A stretch of 64,000 nucleotides of DNA from Carpediemonas membranifera BICM (taxonomy: Eukaryota > Protista > Fornicata), in NCBI GenBank assembly GCA_019828565.1, contig JAHDYR010000038.1, positions 822,735 to 886,734 of the forward strand, in the 5' to 3' direction. Position 1 is the first letter of the stretch. Every line of letters starts with the position of its first letter. Shown piece by piece: positions 55,144-64,000 of this stretch. The notes beneath the pieces are model-generated. The model saw only the letters and a program-made list of their open reading frames with translations. It was not told the origin of the DNA and did not search any database. A program made the position numbers and the translations under genes.

Positions 55144-58100
55144 TCACGCGTCACAAAGTACACTCAACATATGTGTGAGCTTGGCGTCGTCACGCCTGCT
55201 CAGGGTCAGGGGGTCCTTGAAAAGGAGGATGGGGTTAATCTTGAAGTGGTCGCACTTAGCCAAGTGGGTCTGGTTCAGGACAACCCACGTCCTGGATCTC
55301 AGCACTGCTAAGGTCTTGGTAGGGGACGTCAGGATCTCAATCACAGCCGCGGCGATGGCCTCACCCTGACAGAGAGGACATGCCTCAAGAGCTGCGGCGG
55401 CTTCCGGTTCATCCTTCAGGTCCTGTAGGATTCCCCTGACCGGCTGCCACGCGTCAGGAAGAGCCCCTCTCGTTGGCATTGGTAGACACGATAGCCGTAG
55501 CATCGCGAGGCGCTTCGCTAGCCCAGCCGTTAGATGGTCGAGGTATGGCTGCCTGGCCGGGTAGTTAGAGCGGGTAAAAGGGCGGGTGAGTGCCGACTCC
55601 GTGACGTATCTCCTGACAGCCACTTTGTTACCACGGCAGATTATGTCGTGAGAGAGCTGGGCTGCTCGACAGGCTGCTAGGTCAAGGCTGTCGGAGTGGG
55701 ACAGGCCAAGGCTGCCTTGTGCCTCAGCAATGCAGTCTGGGAGATCCTTGCCCGGATGGATTCTCGCCCATCTCACCCCTTGCTTGAATCTGTCCAGCAG
55801 GAGCATTGCCTCTGGATGCAGCCAGCCTAGCTCCAGGTACTTCGCCTCCGATGCAGTTGGGCTGATCCTTAGGGCTGCCGATGCAAGCTTGCCTACCTGG
55901 GAGACAGCCTTATGATTAGCCCAGACGCTCCACCCGTACAGCAGCTTGGGGAGGGTGTAGACCTCTACAATGCGAGGACAGAACTTGGAGTGCATCACGC
56001 CGCTAGCTCTCAGTAGTCGTAGCTCTCTGTCTATCCTTTCGCCCATAGTCCTATTCTGGGTGGAGAAGTCTCGGGACGTATCGAAGAGGACCCCTAGGAG
56101 CTTGACCGCGTCTCTCTTAATGACTGGATTGCCATGGATGGTGAGGGAGGGGGTGTCGTCCTCTGAGACATAGGTGGTCTTATCGTTGGGCTCCAAGGAT
56201 AGCGCTAGCATGCATGTCCATGCCGCCGTAAGTGCTGCCTCCAACCACTTAAGGGAGGGAGCTACTATTGTAATGTCATCAACGAACAGGACTGTGACAA
56301 TCCAGGGAACGCACGGCCTTGCTGCCACTCGTCTCAGGGTCTCTATGTCGGGAGGAAGCTTCTCAATTGCTTCCTTCCCTAGAGCGGTTAAGCTTGCAAT
56401 GATGTGAGGGACTTCCGCAAGGTATCTTGTGAAGATGAAGGGAGCAGTGGTGCATCCTTGCCGTACTCCTGTGTTGGTAGCGGCGCTAGTGCTGCTACCT
56501 CGCATAGAGATCCTTGTGTGCAAATGCATCTCCTTCAACATCTCAATGGCCCTTCTGTTCCCCCCTCAACGAGTCCAATGCATCTCTCCTCGGGACACGG
56601 TCAAAGGCCTTAGCCACGTCCAGAGTCCCAATGTGGGTCGCTTTGAACCCACGTCTCGCGTGCTCAATAGCCCATAGTGCATCAACCGATGAAACACCCG
56701 GCCTTGCACCGTATTGTTCAGGGGGGAAGAGGGTTGTCTCGGTCAATCGTGCGGATCATCATTGTGCCGAGCACCTTGTGGGCTGTGGAAAGTAGGGAGA
56801 TAGGTCTGAACGCCACAGGAGCATCGCTAGTAGAGCCGGGCTTTTTCAATGGAATTACCACGGCGGTATGCCACTCTGCTGGGGTCTTGAGTTGGTCAAT
56901 GCACTTCTGTAGCAGAGTCTTGAGCGCCTCCTTGAGGACTGGGCAATATTTGAAAATTGCCGGGGTTAGTCCATCACTGCCTGGGGCTGATCTATTCTTG
57001 GCAGATTTGAGAGCCCCTTCCAGGAGAGTGTCCGTGATTTCGAGCTCTATATCGGGGCGAGAGATGGATGGTTCTACTGCTCCTGCCACATATGATACTG
57101 ACGCATACCACTCCTCGAAGGCCTTGGCTACTTCTTCTCGGTTGGTGATCACTCTGCCTCCTACTGTGGTGGTAGCAGGAAGGCCGGGTCCTCTGAGTAA
57201 GCCTTCCAGGTCTCTGCGAAGACCAGACACTCTGGCCTGCCCCTTCAAAAAGCTTCCAATGGACGTATCTAAAGAATTCAGGGGACATGACATCCATGCT
57301 CTCAGAGACTCGCTTGGCTCGGGCATGGTAGGCTTTGAGTGTTGAGTGGGCGTGGCTCTCCGAGGATGCTAACGCTACTGATAGCATTGCTGATGATAGC
57401 TCAGAGCACACGAGAGCTTTGGGGCCTCTGCTCGTCCTCTCCTTGAGCTGATGTTGGTGGCGATGATCCTCAATGATGAGCTCATAGAGCCGTTCAGGGG
57501 AAATACCGATCTGCTCTCCGGCGACAAACCAGTGGTCGTAGTCTTCTGCTCTCTCGACTTCTCTCACTTCATGTGAGGCCGCAGTGTCCACCAACGCCCA
57601 TCGGTTGATAGTCGACGTCAGGCTTTTGAAAGGCTTGGTCGACATCAAGGTGGCTGATGTTCCTCAGGAGAGTCCTCGCCTTTCGATGATCCTTGCTGCA
57701 TTCAAGTACGTTAGCCACATGTCTTTCGTTGAGGACTGCTGTTGCCTTGCTCCTCGTGCGAAAGTAACCCGTTATGCCTGATCTTGCTACAACCGCTCTG
57801 TGTCCTTTGGGTTCAAGGGATACTGTGAGCGGCTTCTTGATGAGATCAGCCAGCTTAGGTGTTGCTGCGATGCCATCAATTACTCTGTCCATGAAGGTCG
57901 GGCCGTCGGGCACTACCAGTCTCAAGCCACACTCCTTTAGGGTGGTAGCCCACAGCGTCGATGGATCTAGTAGGTTCGTGTTGAAGTCTCCCATGACAAG
58001 AACTTGGAGCCCTTGCTCAATAGCTTTCTTCACCTCGGAGGACAGTAGAGTGTGGAACTCTTTCTTGGCTTGTGCTCCCGTGCATGGACTATAGATGGAC

Positions 58101-61100
58101 ATGACACGGACCTTCAGTTTGCCAGCTGTTACAAACACGCAGCCTAGGTCAGCTTGAATCAACCTTGGAGAGTGGGGTTGGTTCTCGACGTATGTGCAGA
58201 GCTCAGCTAATTCCTTCCTCAGCATGATGCCTACGCCTAGATGCTTTGTCTCGGACTCTGACTTGATCACTCCGTGGTATAGCAGGACCTTGTCATTCGT
58301 TGTGGGCAGCTCCGGGGACTGGGCCCACCACCATAGCTCCTGAATGGCCATGATGTCCACGTCTTGTACTAGAGCAAGAGTCATCTTGGTGATGTTGAGT
58401 GATGTGCAATTCCACGAGTAGAGGTGACCATTTACTGGTCGTCTACCTGCTTGACTTCGCCCTCTCTGATTCCTGAAGGTCGCAGGCGAGACTCGCGTGG
58501 CTAAGCTTGGAGCTGGCGTGGAAGAAGCCGGTGGCTCAACCTTACTCCAGTTACCGTCGTGAGCTCGGGCACTCTGGAGAGCTTTGAACACCGGAGAAAG
58601 GTCCCACGCTTCGCTGACCCATGCTGTTTCTGCCTTCTGTATGAGGGCATCCATGTCTCCTCGAGTCATGGGCCCTCTCAGTCTGACTTTGCGGAGCCCT
58701 CGCACTGGCTTGTTGGGGATTCTCGGGACTAGAAACCAATGATCCGGCGCTCTGTAGGACCTCTTGACTACTCCTTTGGAGTTGTCTGCCGAGGGAGGAA
58801 CGTTGAGAGCCAGAAGCTCTGCAGCAGATTGCGGTAGGTCTCGGTGAGGAGGGCACTCCCAGTAAACTTGCTGAGCCGTCAACTGATTGCTGAAGGAGCT
58901 GTCGTTATTCACCGTCGCTATCCTGATGAATGGCTGTTCTAGGCTGTTTGGAGGGACTATGCCTGCCGCATCCGCCACCGCTATCATCTTGGCAAGAGGA
59001 TCAAACCATTCCCACCCTCGCCGAGCTGGGCTCCGCACTGCAATAAATTGACGGCACGTCATAGCCTGTCTGGCCCTATCACCTGTGGGGAAGGAGCAGC
59101 CACCCTTAGGTGCTATTACGTACTCCTTGAGGATGTGGTGCAGCTCCTCAAGCGTTGGCAGGTGGAGGTCTTGGAGTAGTAGCACGGCCAGGTCGGGCAG
59201 GAGAGAGGACCAGTTGCCGATGAGGACATCCAAGTCTTTCCTCCATGCATCAGTGATTTCCAGAGTACGTGGATGTGATAGCTCCCCTAGATGTTCGGTC
59301 GAGACATGAGACTGTGTGCAGTACCGCCGCGAAAGCTACAGTGTCACTGAGAGCACAATGGTAGCCTGGATCTGTTCCAATGTGGTACGGGCAGGGGCAC
59401 TTCACCATTGTGAGACATTGGGCTATCGACATCGCCTCAGAGAACTCGGGTGAACGGCAGTAGTCATGGATATGCCCAAAGGATCTTTTGTCTATGGACT
59501 CTAGATCACTTATGTCATAGACCTTGTCAAGGAAGGGGGCATCGCTTTCCGAGACCCATGACTCTAGGACGGAGTTCTCAAGTCTCGGGTCTTTGGCGAC
59601 CATGATGCAGTTCGGGAGGGAGCTCACTATGACCGTGAGGTGGTGAAGCCAGTCGGTCGGGCTGGGGAATGAGATCCCGGGGTGGTCGGGGTGTACTCTG
59701 AAGCTCATGGGAGGACACCCATGAACAACTGCCGCTTGGTATAAAGCTGTCTGCATTAACTGCGCTGGGATATCAACTTCTAAGCCGCCCCAGTGGACCC
59801 CTGCGACGTCCCACATCATTATCCCCGTTTCAGGATCCTTGACGCGGGCTAGGAGTGTGGCGCCGGCCTCTACGGGATATGAGACGCGACTCTGTTTGGT
59901 GGCTCTGCGGTCTACGGCAGTTCCTAGTCCTTCAAAGTCGACCACTAGGATATGAGAAACAGGACCCTCTCTCTTGCCAGACAAGCCTATGAGAGCGCCA
60001 TGGACGCCATCACGGTTGTTGCGGGCCACACTAGAGGGGGGCGCTATCGAGGCCTTCAGCGGCGATGTTGTTGCGGGCCACACTAGAGGGGGCGCTATCG
60101 AGGCCTTCAGCGGCGATGTTGTTGCGGGCCACACTAGAGGGGGCGCTATCGAGGCCTTCAGCGGCGATGTTGTTGCGGGCCACACTAGAGGGGGGCGCTA
60201 TCGAGGCCTCCAGCGGCGATGTTGTTGCGGGCCACACTAGAGGGGGCGCTATCGAGGCCTTCAGCGGCGATGTTGTTGCGGGCCACACTAGAGGGGGGCG
60301 CTATCGAGGCCTTCAGCGGCGATGTTGTTGCGAGCCACACTAGAGGGGGCTCTTCTTGGACGATATTCAGCATATTGCAGGCGCCTTGCTTCTGCGCTCC
60401 TCACAGACGGAAAAAGAGGCGTGAAGTGCAGAGCACTCAGTCTAATGAGGATGTAATCGGTTTTGAGCATCGTTTTGAGCGCGTCAATATTGAGAGGAAG
60501 TGTAGAGAACTCGGATAATGCTGGGATGGTTACTGAGACTGTGTTGGCATCATATCGATGAGCAATAAGCACATTTTTTCCAAAAGAGCGATGCAATATT
60601 GCGGAGGTCTGTGGTGGATAGGAAGGCACTACCAATGTCGCTAGCGGTGGTGTGTGTGGTTAAAGTGCGCACCGTGGATCTCCACGAGGAGTTAAGATCC
60701 ACTGTACCATTCTGGATGGCGGAGGCAAGTTTCGACACGGCTTCTCGTCTCGTCAGGCCCGTCATACCCAGAGAGACAGCAAGTGAGTGAAGGCCACAGT
60801 TGCCGTCGGCGTGAACTGGGATGCTCATGAGAGGGCCCCAACGGGCGTTAGGCTCCTCAGCTACGATCGGGGATGATGGATAAATGCTGTTCTCTTCGCA
60901 AGACGATATTTCTTTCCGAATCTGCCGCGCAACCTCTTCCACGCTAACAGGGATCGGGCTTGCGAGCTCAACATCAGAGTTTGAACAGGAACTTATGGAT
61001 ATAGTAGAGTCATCGACTGGATAGGCCTTCCGGCGAATGGGAGAGATAAGGCTGTCTGATAAGGTATTCGATAAGGAAGACTGAAGGTCGGCCGCTGTGG

Positions 61101-61902
61101 CTCCACCCCATTCGGCATAAAGCTCAGTCATCGCATGTCCTCCCAACACGGGAGAGGCGCCATACAGTAAGTGGATTACCTCGAGGCCCATGAACGGCGT
61201 GAGGTTGAGACCATCCGGAGATACAATGGGGCCGGGCCGGCCGGAGTGAGCGATGCGGGGACCAAGAGGCTCTCTTTGACCGACTGCCTGCCATGTCAGG
61301 CTCGGAGAGTTCGGGACAGTGGATATGGTTGGAGGCCAAGGATCGTTCCGTTGGTCTAACACTGTAGGGCATCTGGCGGAGATGAAATCTGCGAACTTGC
61401 TCCAGTCCATGCTGCTAGCTGGGGGGAGTCCCGTGAACCTGCAGTGGATTAGGGCAGCCTTAAGCGTTCCAACCGTGTGGACAAGATCATAGGCAATGAG
61501 GGGAAAGAGTTTGAGGATACCTTCCCGGATGGAGAGCCCAAATGCAGCTGCAAGGTGCTCAGCATCTTGGAGTAGGTCATTACAGGCATCCTTAGCCCGC
61601 TTATAGCGGGCGTTGTCCCGTTTTAGGTTTGGGATTGCCACCGAGACGAAATTGCCCGTCGATGAGTGTGTTGCAAGCTCAGTTTTGAAGGGATGGATGA
61701 TTACGGGGTCCCCAATAAAGGCAATGCCTGCTAGTAGTTGTCTTTTGAGGACAGGAGGGGCGGATGAAACATATTTGAGGTGCTTCCTCGTCAGGAAGCG
61801 TTGGTCGGCGATACTGCTTTGAGCAGCAGTGGTACTTTGTGGTTGCGGACCAGTGTCTTTCGCTAAGATTGGGCCTCTGTAGCCAGAACTACTTTTGCCC
61901 AT
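55144..61902 (-). CDS. LINE polyprotein (~2250 aa, multiple frameshifts): OTU - 17-aa repeats - DEDDh exonuclease - APE endonuclease - RT
   Basis: ADGNCGLHSL...ALHF; VDFEG..YPVE..CPYH..HCALSD; SWN..IQE..IYSP..GDFN; SAPGSDG, FRPISL, QYG, DVAKAFD, GVRQG, FVDD. Confidence 0.8.
60015..60349 (-). repeat. 51/52-bp tandem repeat, ~6.5 copies, encoding PSSVARNNIAAEGLDSA
   Basis: Units start at about 60015, 60067, 60118, 60169, 60221, 60272 and 60324 and differ mainly by G5 versus G6. Confidence 0.95.
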
Positions 61903-61911
61903 GGTGCGGAA

Positions 61912-62278
61912 AATGGCACTAGTGTCGGTGCACCAGGAGTACAACAAGGTTGTTGCCTATACTGTGCGTGACCTTGAATCTCTGAAGCAGTTCAGGGTCG
62001 ACGCTTCCCGGGTCCTCCCGTTCGATCACGGCGACATGTCCGTGGAGCAAGTTACTCGCTTGGCTAACACTGTTGCGGCCGAGTATATACCGAGCAAGAT
62101 TGTGAAGTCCCGGCCCGACTCCGGTCCGGTCGAGAATCGCGAATACTTGGTTGAGTGGCTGGGCTATGAGCCGGACGAAGCTTCGTGGGAGCCATTCGAG
62201 AATGTCGATGGCTGTGACAAGTTTGAGGACTTTCTTGAGCAGAGAGAACTACACCGTGCTGCGCACTCCAGGCAGTAA
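61912..62278 (+). CDS. Gypsy pol C-terminus (GPY/F region plus chromodomain), continuing after the LINE
   Basis: Rejoined across the TSD: LRGPMALVSVHQ...EYIPSKIV...EYLVEWLGYEPDEASWEP. Confidence 0.9.
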
Positions 62279-62297
62279 ACGGATTCTCAATCAAGAT

Positions 62298-63457
62298 TTA
62301 TTGGTAGTCGTCATCGGACTCGTCGTCAGGGCCCTTGATCCAGTCCTCGAGCTCAAAGTCGATCAGATACTCGCGAGCCACGCTGACGGCAGCGAGGGTC
62401 TCGTCCAGACCAGTGCAGGTAGGGGCAGTGTAGCCCGCGTACTGAACGTGAAGAATGAGTCGGCGGTCGGATCCAGCCGTCAGGATCTCGTGACCCAGCA
62501 CGTCAAGGACCTCGTACTCGCGCTCAGGGTCAGAGACCTGCATGGCCAGACCGAGCCGCTCCGGCAGGGACGGAAGCTCGTCCATGGCGCGGAGGTTAGC
62601 GACCAGGGCGGCCCAGTGAGTGGCGGTGACTGAGACGTTCTCGCTACGCTCCCCGTGGAGGAACAAGCGGTAGTAGTCTGGGGCGAGGGCCAAGACGGCG
62701 ACCCGGTACAGGGTGCGGCGGGCCAGGCTCTGGCCGCAGCCGAGAGCGCGGGAGAGCGAGAACAGGGTCTCCGGGGTGACGTACCTGTTTGAGCCGTTGC
62801 CCTTGAGATCGAAAACGCCGGCGTCAACGGCGTCGCGGACTATGCCGGAGTCGGTTTCGGCACGGCTGCGAGACGCCTCCCGCAGGAAGCGGAGCGCACG
62901 ATGCTCTCGCTGGAGCTGGACCAGCAGGCCGGCTGACAGATCGAGCAAGCCGCCTGCGTCCTTGCTCCACAGCGTGCCGGTGGAGAGGTGATCGAAGATC
63001 CCCTCGAGGGGCACCTCAACGAAGTTAACGTAGCCAGCCAAGCACCGTCGAACCACATCGGCGAGCTGGTCTGCCTGCTTCGTGAAGCACCCCTCCATCA
63101 CACCCCCCACCGGCACACGGCAGAGCTCCCGAGCGGAAGTTGCCGGCACGGTGAAGATCCTAGGTAAGAAGAATAGAGGCGCACAAACCGCATCATGGGC
63201 ATCTGGGAGGCATTCCCGCCGCTCTTGCGGATGGCCCTCTTCTGCAGGGCGCTCATCGTGCGGGCCTTATAGCGTTGCGTCCGAGCAATCGTCGCAAGGG
63301 CATTTTCGAGCACCTTGCGATAATCGTCATCAGTTAACTCCATCGAAAGCTCACGAATTTGGTCGAGCGCACGCGTATCCGCCATGTTTGGCCGCTTTTC
63401 CTCAGGAAAAAGCGACATATCCTGCACTTTTCCCAAATGACGAATGGAAGTGCCCAT
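62298..63457 (-). CDS. Spliced antisense gene with C-terminal chromodomain-like region; intron 63160-63188
   Basis: A 29-nt intron GTTTGT...CTTACCTAG joins the two ORFs in frame (PMMR|IFTVP); C-terminus EYEVLDVLGH...LHVQYAGY. Confidence 0.65.
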
Positions 63458-64000
63458 AGTGATCCCCATGACGGACTATTCACAATATTTATATCTCAAA
63501 CACAGTCCACGAGACTTCTACCGTCCGTGGAGCAGTGCTTATGATGTTGGTTAACTTTCGGTACAGCGCAGAACAAAAAGAGTCAGAACTCGCCAACGAA
63601 GCCGAATTGGGGCTCGAAAACCCCTTTTTCGGGCACTGTGTAAGAATGGGGCGGATCAGCCCAACGTACCAGAACTTTCTGTATGAGCGATGGCGAAATG
63701 CCTAAAAATGCTCGGGGCCAGAATTCCCGAGTCGAGCGCGAGCCCCAGAGTGCCCGCGAGGGGGCGGGGCTGTGGTACGTCCTTTTTATACTTATACAGG
63801 AGCTCCTGAACCCATATCTTAATTAGCAGCGCTGCATAGATCTTTTCCGAATCTTTTTGATATCATCCTCGAATCTTTCGGTCACACCTTACTACGCATA
63901 ATACCTCACCTGGAGGTTGCAATAAGACGTAATCCCAGAAGTTGGTTGTCGTTATCCCGTCGATAATTCCAATAGTGGTTCGGCATGAGCGAGCGTAATC

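Larger units (their letters stand above)
54770..61911 (-). mobile_element. Non-LTR retrotransposon (APE-type LINE), apparently full length, 15-bp TSD
   Basis: TSD AATGGCACTAGTGTC at 54755-54769 and 61912-61926; 3' tail AATAAA followed by ACTCAAAA repeats; ATG 9 nt from the 5' end. Confidence 0.95.
50980..62278 (+). mobile_element. Ty3/Gypsy chromodomain LTR retrotransposon, interrupted by a LINE; 3' LTR not in window
   Basis: LTR, gag with CCHC knuckles, PR-RT-RH-IN order, chromodomain after the LINE insertion. Confidence 0.93.

Noticed and set aside
60015-60349. Repeat array as CRISPR
   Set aside because: The units are contiguous with no unique spacers and encode an in-frame 17-aa linker in the LINE ORF

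Overview
Gene-dense, GC-rich eukaryotic protist DNA. It has tiny spliceosomal introns (28-31 nt) whose CTCAC branch point abuts the 3' splice site, which suggests a metamonad, plausibly Carpediemonas-like (inference). About 28 host genes are present: DHHC, ABCC transporter, DnaJ, Sec11, SCP phosphatase, Exo1, Atg22-like MFS, START, PDE, SNAPC1-like, Abitram-like, TOG, Nit2, NAA25-like, NHE, a 3 x 1158-bp tandem of an EF-hand gene, RhoGEF and an RCC1-ectodomain receptor kinase. Five things stand out. (1) Three divergent copies of a Fanzor1 (eukaryotic TnpB-like RuvC) element occur with no transposase and share a co-varying 3' hairpin (putative omegaRNA). In both copies with an intact 3' end, the guide-position sequence is a 22-25 bp repeat, with one mismatch, of a sequence upstream of the element's own ORF, so they appear self-targeting. 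(2) A 7.1-kb non-LTR retrotransposon with a 15-bp TSD has a probably single ORF that fuses an OTU deubiquitinase and a Zn-binding DEDDh exonuclease (Maelstrom / arenavirus-NP type) to APE and RT. (3) A chromodomain Ty3/Gypsy element has 84-bp LTRs, no tRNA PBS, and a spliced antisense chromodomain-like gene after pol. (4) These elements are nested (Fanzor < Gypsy < LINE), with an extra solo LTR. (5) A highly divergent ORC3-like host gene is present. All family calls are by-eye motif recognition; no database searches were run.
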